Shown here piece by piece: positions 28,253 through 38,328 of a DNA stretch of 64,000 nt; position 1 is the stretch's first letter; the number at the start of each line of letters is the position of its first letter. Source of the DNA: an uncultured Pelagibacteraceae bacterium (GTDB lineage Bacteria; Pseudomonadota; Alphaproteobacteria; Pelagibacterales; Pelagibacteraceae); NCBI GenBank assembly GCA_902543485.1, contig CACBYP010000006.1, positions 11,807 to 75,806 on the forward strand. The letters run 5' to 3'. The translations under genes were made by a program, and so were the position numbers. The notes beneath the pieces are model-generated. The model was not told the DNA's origin. It saw only the letters and a list, made by a program, of their open reading frames with translations, and did no database searches.

Positions 28253-29399
28253 AATAATTTTTAGACATAAAATCTTTAATTCTCTTAGCACCTTCAATTA
28301 TATCTTTTGTGCTTCTGGCATATGAGAATCGGATAGTAGAATTTCCTCTTTTTTGATCAAAATCAATTCCTGGTGTTATCGCAACATTTGCTTCATCTAA
28401 AACTTTTTTACAAAAAGCTAAGCTATCATTTGAATATTCAGAAATATCTACATAGATGTAAAAAGCTCCATCAGGTGGTGAAAACTTTTTTAATCCTGCT
28501 TTCGGTAATTCTTCCAAAAGTATCTCTCTATTTTTTTTATATACTTCAACATTCGATTGTAACTCCTCATTTGCATCTAATGAAGCAAGGGCTGTAACTT
28601 GACTTGCATGTGGAGGACAAACAAATAAATTCTGTGAAAGCCTTTCTACTTGTCTAACATGATCATCTGGTACAACCATCCATCCTATTCTCCAACCAGT
28701 CATAGAAAAGTATTTTGAAAAAGAATTAATTACATAGCAATTATCTGTAATCTCTAAAGCTGAAGTTGGATTATTTTCATATTGAATTCCGTGATAAATC
28801 TCATCACTAATAAAACTTACATTATTCTCATTTGCAGTATTAATTAAATTCTCTAGCGATTGTTTATCTAACATAGACCCGGTTGGATTTGCAGGTGATG
28901 CAACAAGAATTCCATTTAAATTATTATCTGTAATATCTTCTGGAACAGGTTGAAATCTATTTTGAAGTTTAGTTTGAATATCTACAGTTTCCAAACTTAG
29001 TGATTTTAATATTTGTCTATAACTAGGATAACTTGGAGATCCAATTCCAACTCTGTCTCCACTATCAAACAATGCAGAAAACGATAATATAAAGGCTCCG
29101 GAAGACCCTGTTGTAACTACTATTCTATTTGGATTTAAATCTAAATTGTACCAATCTCCATATAACTTTGAAATTTTTGTTCTTAGAGCAGGTAAACCAA
29201 GCGATACTGTGTAACCTAGATTGTTTTTGTTTATCTCATTAGTAATATAATCTTTTGCAATCTTAGGCGCTGGTGTTCCCGGCTGCCCTACCTCCATATG
29301 AATTATATCTTTACCTTTTTCTTCAGCAATTCTAGCAGACTCCATTACATCCATTACAATAAATGGATCAACATCTGATCTTTTTGATTTTTTCATCAT
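28251..29399 (-). CDS. Class I/II (aspartate-type) PLP aminotransferase
   Basis: 382 aa. SFSKYFSMTGWRIGW PLP-lysine block and the C-terminal RFSYA motif. Confidence 0.85.
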   Translation of the reverse strand: MMKKSKRSDVDPFIVMDVMESARIAEEKGKDIIHMEVGQPGTPAPKIAKDYITNEINKNNLGYTVSLGLPALRTKISKLYGDWYNLDLNPNRIVVTTGSSGAFILSFSALFDSGDRVGIGSPSYPSYRQILKSLSLETVDIQTKLQNRFQPVPEDITDNNLNGILVASPANPTGSMLDKQSLENLINTANENNVSFISDEIYHGIQYENNPTSALEITDNCYVINSFSKYFSMTGWRIGWMVVPDDHVRQVERLSQNLFVCPPHASQVTALASLDANEELQSNVEVYKKNREILLEELPKAGLKKFSPPDGAFYIYVDISEYSNDSLAFCKKVLDEANVAITPGIDFDQKRGNSTIRFSYARSTKDIIEGAKRIKDFMSKNY

Positions 29400-29602
29400 T
29401 TTATTTGATCTTCACAAAATTTTTTAATTTGTTCATTTGATAATCTGTCTTCTTTAGCTTTTTTAGAATCTAATTCAGCTTTTCCAATTATACATGCTTT
29501 AATAGTTTTGCTTCTATTAAAATCATTATAATAGTTAGTTGAGATGTAAAGAGCAATAATTCCTAATACTAAAAAAACTATAAGCTTTAAATTTTTTTTC
29601 AT
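29396..29602 (-). CDS. Small membrane-anchored or secreted protein
   Basis: 68 aa with one N-terminal hydrophobic helix. Translationally coupled on both sides (1-nt and 4-nt overlaps). Confidence 0.4.
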   Translation of the reverse strand: MKKNLKLIVFLVLGIIALYISTNYYNDFNRSKTIKACIIGKAELDSKKAKEDRLSNEQIKKFCEDQIK

Positions 29603-30906
29603 TAAATTTCAGTTTGAGCTTTTATTCTTTCGTAAGCTAATCTAGTGTAAATTCCTAAATTTAAAAAGGGTTGTGGTGGTAACCAGTTTGGTTTTTTTCT
29701 TTGTTGTATTACTTCAATTTCATTAGATTGTTGATTAGAGGCCATTAGAGCTATTTGTTCACCGAATAGTGTTCCTACTCCAATTCCAGATCCATTGTAA
29801 CAGCCTGCGCTAAAAATATTATCATCAATTTTTTCAAATATTTGAGAGCTATTACCACTTCTACATACAATCCCTGACCAACTGCTCTCTATTATATTAT
29901 CAGGTAATTGTTTAAATCTTTTCTTGATGCCTTCTTTATGAATTGCAGCTCTTTTATTTAATTCATTTCTATTCATTGAAAAAAGGTTTCTTAACTCTGC
30001 AGTATTTCTTATAAGTATTCTCCTATCTTTAGTCATTCTTATCGTAGCACCCATTGGTCTTATAGGAAGAACACCCCACTCTTTTGGAGAACCTATATCT
30101 TTAAATTCTTTATCTGTGAGTTTTCTCGTGAGACTAGCAGTTAATGTGATTGGGAAACTATAATTTTTTTTTACATTCAAATATTTCAAAAAACCGTTTG
30201 TGCAAAAAATAATTTTTTTAGTAGTTATTTTGTGCTTTTTTGTAAAACATTCAATTTTGTTATTAATCTTTTTCCAATTATAAATTTGAGAATTTTCATA
30301 TAATTTTACATTATCTGGCAATGTATCAACCATTGCTCTAGCTAATTTACCAGGGTTTAAAAGAATTCCTCCTGAGGTAAAAACTCCAATTTTATAAAAA
30401 GGCGTTCCCAATTTTTCAGTTAACTCTTTATTAAATAAAATTTTATTTTTAAAACCAAGACTATTTAATAATTTGCTGAACGATTGAGCTTTTGTCTCAT
30501 CTTGCTCTTTAGAGGAAGCAAAATATTTTCCACATTCATTCCAATCACAATCAACCTGATATTCTTTTATAAATTTTCTAACAGCTTCTATACCCAAGTG
30601 ATATATTTTTGTTTTTTTTACATAATTCTCTTTATCGCTGTTAGATGTAAAACCATCATTTAATGTAGTATCAACTAGATAGCCTGAATTTCTTGAACTT
30701 CCACCCTCGCCCGCTAACTGTGCATCAATGAGAATAATTTTTTGATCTTTTATTATATCTGAAAGTTTTCTAGCAGCTGATAATCCTGTATACCCAGCTC
30801 CTACAATTAAATAATCACAGTAAATGTCTTGATCTAGTAATTTAAAATTACTTCTCTCAGGAAGTTGTCTTGTCCATCCACAGAAATTGTTGTTTATTAA
30901 ATCCAA
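29602..30906 (-). CDS. FAD-dependent oxidoreductase (DAO family, PuuB/amine-oxidoreductase-like)
   Basis: 434 aa. YLIVGAGYTGLSAARKL dinucleotide fold. The apparent start is TTG and there is no nearby ATG. Confidence 0.75.
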   Translation of the reverse strand: MDLINNNFCGWTRQLPERSNFKLLDQDIYCDYLIVGAGYTGLSAARKLSDIIKDQKIILIDAQLAGEGGSSRNSGYLVDTTLNDGFTSNSDKENYVKKTKIYHLGIEAVRKFIKEYQVDCDWNECGKYFASSKEQDETKAQSFSKLLNSLGFKNKILFNKELTEKLGTPFYKIGVFTSGGILLNPGKLARAMVDTLPDNVKLYENSQIYNWKKINNKIECFTKKHKITTKKIIFCTNGFLKYLNVKKNYSFPITLTASLTRKLTDKEFKDIGSPKEWGVLPIRPMGATIRMTKDRRILIRNTAELRNLFSMNRNELNKRAAIHKEGIKKRFKQLPDNIIESSWSGIVCRSGNSSQIFEKIDDNIFSAGCYNGSGIGVGTLFGEQIALMASNQQSNEIEVIQQRKKPNWLPPQPFLNLGIYTRLAYERIKAQTEI

Positions 30907-30937
30907 TAATTATTTTTATAATGAAATTTTACTAATC

Positions 30938-32722
30938 TCAACTAACAAGAGACTTTTGAGGCTTCATATCACTCTTACTTATACCAGCTACTTTAACTGG
31001 TTTTTTCATAGCATCTCTTCTGAATGGCTCACCTAATTCTTGATTTAGAATTATTTCGATAAATGTAGTAATACCTTTTTTCTGGTCTTCACATGATTGT
31101 TTAATAGCTTTAGTAGTTTCTTCCATTGTATTTGCAATAACTCCTTTTAAACCGCAGGCATTGGCAACTTTTGCGTAGCTTAATTCTGGATCTAACTCTG
31201 TTCCAACAAAATTATCATCAAACCATAAAATTGAATTTCTTTTTTCAGCGCCCCATTGATAATTTCTAAAAATTACCATAGTTATTGCTGGCCATTCTTC
31301 TCTAGCACATGAACTCATTTCGTTCATACTTATTCCAAATGCTCCGTCACCTGCAAAACCTATAACTGGGGTATCTGGACATCCAATTTTTGCTCCAAGA
31401 ATAGATGGAAATCCATAACCACATGGTCCAAATAAACCTGGTGCCAAATATTTTCTTGGTTTTTCAAATGTTGGGTATGCATTACCAATTGCACAATTAT
31501 TTCCAATATCACTTGAAATTATAACATCTTCTGGCATTCCAGCTTGAATAGCTCTCCACGCTTGTCTTGGAGACATTCTATCTTTATCTCTTTCTCTTGC
31601 TTCTTTATTCCAAACAGTTCCTGGATCATCATCTTCATGATCTAAACTTGTAAGAGTTTGTAACCATGCAGATTTTGTTTGATGAATTAGATTTTTTCTA
31701 TCTTCTCTACCATTATCTCCAGCATTTGATGAAAGTTTTTCTAATATCTGTTGAGCTACCATTTTAGCATCACCACAAATACCAACTGTAACTTTCTTGG
31801 TTAAACCAATACGATCAGGGTTCATATCTACTTGAATAATTGTTGCATCTTTTGGCCAGTAATCAATTCCATATCCTGGTAATGTTGAAAATGGATTTAA
31901 TCTTGTTCCTAATGCCAAAACTACATCAGCTTTTGAAATTAACTCCATTGCAGCTTTAGATCCGTTGTAACCTAATGGACCAACAGCTAATGGATGACTT
32001 CCTGGAAAGCTATCGTTATGTTGATATCCATTGCATACAGGTGCATCAAGTTTTTCTGCTAATTTTTTACAATCATCAATGGCATCACCTATAACAACTC
32101 CTGCTCCAGATAAAATTACTGGGAATTTTGCTTCTGATAATAATTTCGCAGCTCTATCAACAGCATCTTTTCCTCCACCTTGTCTTTCAAATCTTACTAT
32201 TGGAGGCAATTCTATATCTATAACTTGTGTCCAAAAATCTCTTGGTACATTTATTTGTGCAGGCGCTGAACCTCTAAATGCTTTTTCTATTACTCTGTTT
32301 AAAACTTCTGCCATTCTTGATGGGTCTCTAACTTCTTCTTGATAACACACCATGTCTTTAAATAAATTCATTTGCTCTACTTCTTGAAAACCACCTTGTC
32401 CCATAGTTTTGTTTGCAGCTTGTGGTGTAACTAAAAGTAGTGGAGTATGGTTCCAGTAAGCTGTCTTAATTGGTGTAACAAGTCCTGTAATACCTGGACC
32501 ATTTTGAGCAATCACCATTGACATTTTTCCAGTTGCTCTCGTGTAACCATCAGCAATCAGTCCACCATTTGTTTCATGAGCAACATCCCAAAAAGTTATT
32601 CCAGCTTCTGGGAAAAGATCAGAAATAGGCATGAATGCAGAACCAATAATACCAAACGAATGTTCGATACCATGCATTTGTAAAACTTTTACAAAAGCTT
32701 CTTCGGTTGTCATTTTAGCCAT
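30938..32722 (-). CDS. xsc: Sulfoacetaldehyde acetyltransferase (TPP-dependent)
   Basis: 594 aa. The N-terminus MAKMTTEEAFVKVLQMHGIEHSFGIIGSAFMPISDLF...MVIAQNGPGITGLVTPIKTAYWNHTPLLLVTPQA closely matches my recollection of Xsc proteins. A TPP-binding GDGAF motif is present. Confidence 0.85.
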   Translation of the reverse strand: MAKMTTEEAFVKVLQMHGIEHSFGIIGSAFMPISDLFPEAGITFWDVAHETNGGLIADGYTRATGKMSMVIAQNGPGITGLVTPIKTAYWNHTPLLLVTPQAANKTMGQGGFQEVEQMNLFKDMVCYQEEVRDPSRMAEVLNRVIEKAFRGSAPAQINVPRDFWTQVIDIELPPIVRFERQGGGKDAVDRAAKLLSEAKFPVILSGAGVVIGDAIDDCKKLAEKLDAPVCNGYQHNDSFPGSHPLAVGPLGYNGSKAAMELISKADVVLALGTRLNPFSTLPGYGIDYWPKDATIIQVDMNPDRIGLTKKVTVGICGDAKMVAQQILEKLSSNAGDNGREDRKNLIHQTKSAWLQTLTSLDHEDDDPGTVWNKEARERDKDRMSPRQAWRAIQAGMPEDVIISSDIGNNCAIGNAYPTFEKPRKYLAPGLFGPCGYGFPSILGAKIGCPDTPVIGFAGDGAFGISMNEMSSCAREEWPAITMVIFRNYQWGAEKRNSILWFDDNFVGTELDPELSYAKVANACGLKGVIANTMEETTKAIKQSCEDQKKGITTFIEIILNQELGEPFRRDAMKKPVKVAGISKSDMKPQKSLVS

Positions 32723-32812
32723 ATCAAATCCTTCTTAATTCTATTTTTTAATTGTCAAAGTGCCCAATTCATATATAAATTGGATCGAATTTCAAACAAA
32801 GAAATCGTCACA

Positions 32813-33100
32813 ATGGCTGGCACAGATATTATAATCCACGATGAAAAAGACAATGTAGGTGTTGTAGTTATTGAAAAAATTACTCCTAAACAAGACTGTG
32901 ATTGCTGGATTATGGAAAACGATAAATCAGTAAAAATTCAATCGATGGATGAAATACCTTTGGGTCATAAAATTGCTATGACTGATCTTAACGAAGGAGA
33001 TACAATATTAAAGTACGGGCATGATATTGGCAAAGTAGTAAAATCAATTAAAAAAGGTGAGCATGTACATGTTCACAACGTAAAAACTAAAAAGTGGTAA
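32813..33100 (+). CDS. suyA: SAF-domain small subunit of a split UxaA-type dehydratase; probable (R)-sulfolactate sulfo-lyase alpha subunit
   Basis: The track ORF starts at TTG 32780; the first ATG at 32813 gives about 95 aa. A SAF-like domain is followed 1 nt later by the large subunit. Context includes xsc, tauE and apr. Confidence 0.6.
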   Translation: MAGTDIIIHDEKDNVGVVVIEKITPKQDCDCWIMENDKSVKIQSMDEIPLGHKIAMTDLNEGDTILKYGHDIGKVVKSIKKGEHVHVHNVKTKKW

Positions 33101-33101
33101 A

Positions 33102-34268
33102 ATGGAAATTCCAAAAACGTTTTTAGGATATAAAAGAGAAGATGGAAGAACAGGTACAAGAAATCACGTAATAATTCTACCTGTTGATGATATTTCAAAT
33201 GCTTGTGCTGAAGCTGTAGCTAATAATATTAAAGGTACGATTGCACTTCCACATTCTTATGGAAGATTACAATTTGGAGCAGACTTAGAACTTCATTTCA
33301 GAACAATGATTGGAACAGGAAAAAATCCAAATGTTGCAGCGGTTATAGTAATTGGTATTGAGCCTAAGTGGACAAAAAGAATTGTTGATGCAATCGCAAC
33401 CACTGGAAAACCAGTTGAAGGTTTTAGCATTGAAGGTGTAGGAGATATAGACACAATTGCAAGAGTTTCAAAGAAAGCTCAAGAATTTTCAATTTGGGCA
33501 TCAGAGAAACAAAGAGAAGAGCGTCCTATAAGTGATTTATGGATTTCAGTTAAATGTGGAGAGTCTGATACAACATCTGGATTAGCATCAAATCCTACAG
33601 TTGGAAATTTAATGGATAAATTAGAGCCCCTTGGTGTTCATTTGTGTTTTGGTGAAACATCTGAGCTAACGGGAGCTGAAACTGTTTGTGAAAAAAGAGG
33701 AAAAACTCCTGAGGCTCAAGAGAAGTTTAGAAAAACTTGGAGTTCGTATAATGATTTCATCTTAAAAGAGGCAACAAACGATCTTTCTGAAAGTCAACCA
33801 ACAGCTGGTAACATAGCTGGTGGACTTACTACAATTGAAGAAAAAGCATTTGGAAACTTTCAAAAAATTGGTGGATGTAAATTTATTGATGTACTAGAGC
33901 CGGCAGAAGAACCAACTAAAGGTCCAGGCTTATACTTTATGGATACCTCATCAGCTGCTGCTGAATGTGTTACTTTACAAGCTGCAGGAGGATTCAATCT
34001 TCACCTATTTCCAACCGGACAAGGAAATATAATTGGAAACCCAATTGAGCCAGTAGTAAAACTAACTGCTAATCCTTTAACTGCTAGAACCATGAGTGAG
34101 CATATTGATGTTGATGTTTCTAAAATCTTATCAAGAGAAATGAATTTAGATGAAGCTGGTGATGAATTAATTAAAGCTACGATAAGAGTTGCAAATGGAA
34201 GATTAACTTGTGCTGAAGCATTAGGTCATAGAGAATTTGTGATGACTAAATTATACAGAAGTGCTTAA
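33102..34268 (+). CDS. suyB: UxaA-family large subunit; probable (R)-sulfolactate sulfo-lyase beta subunit
   Basis: 388 aa. C-terminal altronate-dehydratase-type domain encoded separately from the SAF domain, as in SuyAB. The assignment rests partly on gene context. Confidence 0.62.
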   Translation: MEIPKTFLGYKREDGRTGTRNHVIILPVDDISNACAEAVANNIKGTIALPHSYGRLQFGADLELHFRTMIGTGKNPNVAAVIVIGIEPKWTKRIVDAIATTGKPVEGFSIEGVGDIDTIARVSKKAQEFSIWASEKQREERPISDLWISVKCGESDTTSGLASNPTVGNLMDKLEPLGVHLCFGETSELTGAETVCEKRGKTPEAQEKFRKTWSSYNDFILKEATNDLSESQPTAGNIAGGLTTIEEKAFGNFQKIGGCKFIDVLEPAEEPTKGPGLYFMDTSSAAAECVTLQAAGGFNLHLFPTGQGNIIGNPIEPVVKLTANPLTARTMSEHIDVDVSKILSREMNLDEAGDELIKATIRVANGRLTCAEALGHREFVMTKLYRSA

Positions 34269-35350
34269 GCTTTAAGCTTAGCTTCTCTTGCTTTGTTCCA
34301 CTTAGAAATATAATTTCTTAAAATTGCAGCTCCAATTCCAAGAACTACTGCTAATACAACTGATGTAAGTCCATAAAACACAGGAAGGTCTTTTGAATAA
34401 TCTAAAATAAACTGTGCAATGTTACCAAGGTTTTTAGTTCCATTAACTACGGTTTCAACTATTACATCTTCTTTAATAAAAGTGTCATAAGCAATTGCAA
34501 TTCCAACTAATAATAAAAGTACTGCTAAGATTGTTTTAAATTCTGAGCTATCAACTTTTTCACCAATTTTTTGACCAAACTGAACACCAATAATTGAACC
34601 AAGTATAAGTACAAAAACTAAAACAAGATCAATTGTTCCGTAATTAAAAGCATGAAGAACTGTTACGATTGCACTTACAAATATTGTAACAAACAAAGAT
34701 GTGCCAGGAATTAGTTTAGTTGGCATTCCAATAATATAAATCATTGCAGGAACCAATATAAATGCACCACCCACTCCCATAATTGCTGCAATATATCCAA
34801 CAATTAAACCAATAATAATTGGAGTAAATGCACTTTCATAAACTTTTGATTTTTTAAAACGCATTCTAAAGGGTAGTCCATGTATCCAATAATGAGTGTG
34901 TAATTTTTTTCTAACAACAATTTTTTTTCTAGCCTTATCAATTTCTGATACTCCTTGAATAAGCATTAAAGTTCCAAGTATAGCTAAGATGTACATGTAG
35001 GCTAAAGAGATAACGATATTTATTTTTCCAATATCTTGAAAATAAGAAAAAGTTAAGATCCCAAGTAAAGTTCCAATAGTTCCTCCGACTACAATCATCA
35101 ATCCCATTTTATAATCTAATGTACCTTTTAAATAATGAGTAGTTGAACCAGATACTGATGTTCCTAAAATGTTACTTGCTTCATTTGGAACTGCATAAGC
35201 AGGTGGAATACCTAAAAATATTAAAAACGGTGTCATTAAAAATCCCCCACCTACACCAAATAATCCTGAAAGAATACCAACTGCTAAACTTAAACCAAAT
35301 ATAAAGAGTATGTTAATTTCGACTTGAGCTATTGGAAGAAAATATTCCAT
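34265..35350 (-). CDS. TauE/SafE-family (DUF81) sulfite/sulfonate exporter, long form
   Basis: 361 aa. Two TauE-like halves with [10 protein letters not shown] and [10 protein letters not shown] motifs, a basic central loop and an extra C-terminal TM segment. Confidence 0.8.
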   Translation of the reverse strand: MEYFLPIAQVEINILFIFGLSLAVGILSGLFGVGGGFLMTPFLIFLGIPPAYAVPNEASNILGTSVSGSTTHYLKGTLDYKMGLMIVVGGTIGTLLGILTFSYFQDIGKINIVISLAYMYILAILGTLMLIQGVSEIDKARKKIVVRKKLHTHYWIHGLPFRMRFKKSKVYESAFTPIIIGLIVGYIAAIMGVGGAFILVPAMIYIIGMPTKLIPGTSLFVTIFVSAIVTVLHAFNYGTIDLVLVFVLILGSIIGVQFGQKIGEKVDSSEFKTILAVLLLLVGIAIAYDTFIKEDVIVETVVNGTKNLGNIAQFILDYSKDLPVFYGLTSVVLAVVLGIGAAILRNYISKWNKAREAKLKA

Positions 35351-35599
35351 ATAATCTAACTATTCCTCTCATAATCTAAAGTCAATGATTATAAGAATAA
35401 ATTAAATAAAATTTTGAAATGTTCCTAGGATTATAATAGCCCAAGTAAAAAATATAAAAAGATATAGAAAAGATTTAATTATTTTTGAAAACTGATTAGA
35501 AACTAACAAAGGGATTTTCTTAATATTTTGATTAAAAGCTTGAAGCATACCCGCGAAATACCACAAGTTTTATTAAATGCAAATAATATTTAATTAAAT

Positions 35600-35950
35600 T
35601 TAAAAAATAGTTGCCCCGAAGACTTTAACCTCATCTCCCTCTTCTCCAAGGACGAGTCGACCTAAAAAGTCTCCTGGTATCTCTGTACTGTTTTGTTTAT
35701 AGATTACAGTTACGTACAAGCCTCTTCTTAGACAGCCTATAGCCTTACACCCCTCTTTAAGGCTTGAGATCAGCTTATTGCTTGCCCATTGCTTACCAAG
35801 CTCTACTTCGTTAGCCCCGTAAAGCATTTGTGATGATAAATCTCTTGTAAAACCACCGTAATCTTTCATGTTGGAACATCTAACCATGTTATCCCAGATA
35901 GGATCAGCAATTTTAATGATTTCTTCGTCTGATTTGTCGACAATACTCAT
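35600..35950 (-). CDS. Hypothetical soluble protein coupled to aprA
   Basis: 116 aa, starting 9 nt after the aprA stop. It is visibly more GC-rich than its surroundings, has no TM segment and contains a CKAIGC (CxxxC) pair. Confidence 0.55.
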   Translation of the reverse strand: MSIVDKSDEEIIKIADPIWDNMVRCSNMKDYGGFTRDLSSQMLYGANEVELGKQWASNKLISSLKEGCKAIGCLRRGLYVTVIYKQNSTEIPGDFLGRLVLGEEGDEVKVFGATIF

Positions 35951-35959
35951 CTAAAATGG

Positions 35960-37819
35960 TTAGGAAGCTTGCTTCTTCTCTTTATCATCAACGATATGAT
36001 AAACAGGCTTTTTCTCCATTTCAAATTTTCCAGTTTCAGGATCTCTTCTAGAAACAGTTAAACAGTGCCAGTTTTCATCATCAAGTTTCATATGATCGCC
36101 TCTATAATAATAGCCTGGCCAACGCGTTTCTTCTCTAAATAAAGTATGATGAGCAACACATTCTGATGTTACAGCTCTATGCTTAAGTTCCCATGCTCTC
36201 ATCAATTGGTGATAATCTTCTGCTCCGACGTGATCTAAGTCTTCTTGAAGTAATTGTAGCTGTTCTAAGCCTTTTTTAAGTAGATTATCATTTGTCATGT
36301 AATTATTTGTTAATCCACCACAATATTCATCCATAATTTTTTGTAGTCTTTGTAGTCCTTGTATAGGTAAAATATAGCTTGGAGAAACAGTTCCTCCAGT
36401 AATTTCATTTCTTCCCACGGTATAGTTCTCAATTGGCTTAAATATTTCTTCTTTAAGCTTCTCTAATTGTGCATCAGAAACTTCGATATCATCAGCTTTT
36501 TTATCTTGAATATATTTAACAGCAGCTTTAGACGCTAACCTTCCTTCCGTGAATGAGCCAGATGAAAACTTATGAGCACTTCCGCCAACTGCATCTCCTG
36601 CTCCAAATAATCCATCGATAGTCATCATTCTATTGTATCCCCAGAAATATTCATCAGGTGCTATATCTTCTGGTCCACTAACCCATGCTCCTGAACATGT
36701 AGCATGAGATCCCATTACATATGGCTCCGAGGTTGTTAATTCAGGATTTGTATATTTTGGATCAATATTTTGAGATGCCCATACAACCGCTTGGCCAACT
36801 GTCATTCCTAAGAAATTTTCCCATCCAACCGTTTCTAAGTGTGGATCTTGGAATGCTTCTTTTGTAACCATGTGGATTGGTCCGCCACCAGCGGCTGTTT
36901 CTTGAATAAATGCGTGATTTCTTAAACAAGTTGGTGTTGGATGGTGGTCTATATATTCACCTACTAATTCTTTAGTAGCTTCATACCATTTCTTCTCATA
37001 ATTTTCGCCATTGGCGTTTTGCGTATAAGTTTTTAAATGTAAAAAATATGCTCCAACTGGACCATAACCATCTTTAAATCTACAAAGTACAATTCTATTT
37101 TCCATTTGAGTCATTTTTGCACCTGCTTGAATAGGTAATGCATAAGCAGATCCATTACTCCAAGGTGCATACCAAGTTCTACCCATACCTTCACCAACTG
37201 CTCTTGGTTTAAATATGTGCGATGCTCCTCCAGCAGATACTACTACTGTTCTAGATTTAAATACGTGAAAATTTCCAGTTCTAACATTAAATCCAACTGC
37301 ACCAGCTATTCGGTTTGGATTTTTTTCATCTTTTAAAAGATGAGTAATCATTATTCTGTTATAAATTTTATCAGCAGATTTTTTTGCAGCTTCAGCTACA
37401 ATTGGTTTGTAACTTTCGCCGTGTATCATTATTTGCCACTTACCTTCTCTTTGATATCTTCCAGTTTCTTTATTTTTCATCATTGGGAGACCCCATTCAT
37501 CAAACATGTGAACAGTTGAGTCTACATGACGTGCCATGTCATAACCTAAATCTTCTCTAACAAGACCCATCAAATCATTTCTAGCGTACCGTACATGGTC
37601 TTCTGGCATATTCTCGCCCCACTGCATTCCCATATAACAGTTAATAGCGTAAAGACCTTGTGCAACGGCACCACTTCTATCTATGTTTGCTTTTTCAACA
37701 CAGATAATTTTTAAATCTCTTCCCCAGTGTCTTGCCTCAAAGGTAGCACCTGTTCCAGCCATACCTCCACCGACAACTAGTACGTCACATTCTTCGATGA
37801 TAGTTTTGTGCTTAGCCAT
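35960..37819 (-). CDS. aprA: Adenylylsulfate (APS) reductase alpha subunit (flavoprotein)
   Basis: 619 aa. N-terminal DVLVVGGGMAGTGA FAD fold. AprA-like throughout, following aprB with a 1-nt overlap. Confidence 0.9.
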   Translation of the reverse strand: MAKHKTIIEECDVLVVGGGMAGTGATFEARHWGRDLKIICVEKANIDRSGAVAQGLYAINCYMGMQWGENMPEDHVRYARNDLMGLVREDLGYDMARHVDSTVHMFDEWGLPMMKNKETGRYQREGKWQIMIHGESYKPIVAEAAKKSADKIYNRIMITHLLKDEKNPNRIAGAVGFNVRTGNFHVFKSRTVVVSAGGASHIFKPRAVGEGMGRTWYAPWSNGSAYALPIQAGAKMTQMENRIVLCRFKDGYGPVGAYFLHLKTYTQNANGENYEKKWYEATKELVGEYIDHHPTPTCLRNHAFIQETAAGGGPIHMVTKEAFQDPHLETVGWENFLGMTVGQAVVWASQNIDPKYTNPELTTSEPYVMGSHATCSGAWVSGPEDIAPDEYFWGYNRMMTIDGLFGAGDAVGGSAHKFSSGSFTEGRLASKAAVKYIQDKKADDIEVSDAQLEKLKEEIFKPIENYTVGRNEITGGTVSPSYILPIQGLQRLQKIMDEYCGGLTNNYMTNDNLLKKGLEQLQLLQEDLDHVGAEDYHQLMRAWELKHRAVTSECVAHHTLFREETRWPGYYYRGDHMKLDDENWHCLTVSRRDPETGKFEMEKKPVYHIVDDKEKKQAS

Positions 37820-38289
37820 TAATAGTAAACGCCTTGCTTAAATGAATTCTTATCTAATGTTGGTAAATCTTTTTCAGTATTTAAACCATGTGGCTCATTA
37901 TATAAAATTTGTGAGTTAATCTCTCCTTGATTAGGAGTATCAGCTTCAGCTAATTTTGGTATGAATTTCCCCCAAGGTTTTGTAGTTATTGGTGATACAA
38001 AATTTTTCTCTGTACCGTTTCTAAATTTAATTCTCCAAGAGATGGTTCCTTTTTCTTCTTCTCTTCTAACTCTAACACTATGACCCATTGGAGCAAAGTC
38101 AGCATATCCTCTTACATCAATTGCATGATTAGGACATGCCTTAACGCATGAATAGCATTCCCAACAAAAATTTGGTTCTATATTTTTTGCTCTTCTAATA
38201 GTTTCGTCTATATGCATAATATCTGATGGACATATATCTACACAATGACCACAACCATCACATCTCGTCATGTATACAAAAGTTGACAT
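37819..38289 (-). CDS. aprB: Adenylylsulfate reductase beta subunit (2 x 4Fe-4S)
   Basis: 156 aa. CDGCGHCVDICP and CWECYSCVKACP clusters plus the AprB-type C-terminal tail. Confidence 0.9.
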   Translation of the reverse strand: MSTFVYMTRCDGCGHCVDICPSDIMHIDETIRRAKNIEPNFCWECYSCVKACPNHAIDVRGYADFAPMGHSVRVRREEEKGTISWRIKFRNGTEKNFVSPITTKPWGKFIPKLAEADTPNQGEINSQILYNEPHGLNTEKDLPTLDKNSFKQGVYY

Positions 38290-38328
38290 ATCTACTTATT
38301 ACCTTTCTTTAAAATTTTATCAATCATA

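Noticed and set aside
35402-35548. 48-codon hydrophobic minus-strand ORF (MLQAFNQNIKKIPLLVSNQFSKIIKSFLYLFIFFTWAIIILGTFQNFI) in the 249-bp spacer between the apr-linked ORF and tauE
   Set aside because: It has no SD and its composition is what AT-rich non-coding DNA produces by chance. The spacer more plausibly holds the terminator region of the apr unit and the tauE promoter.
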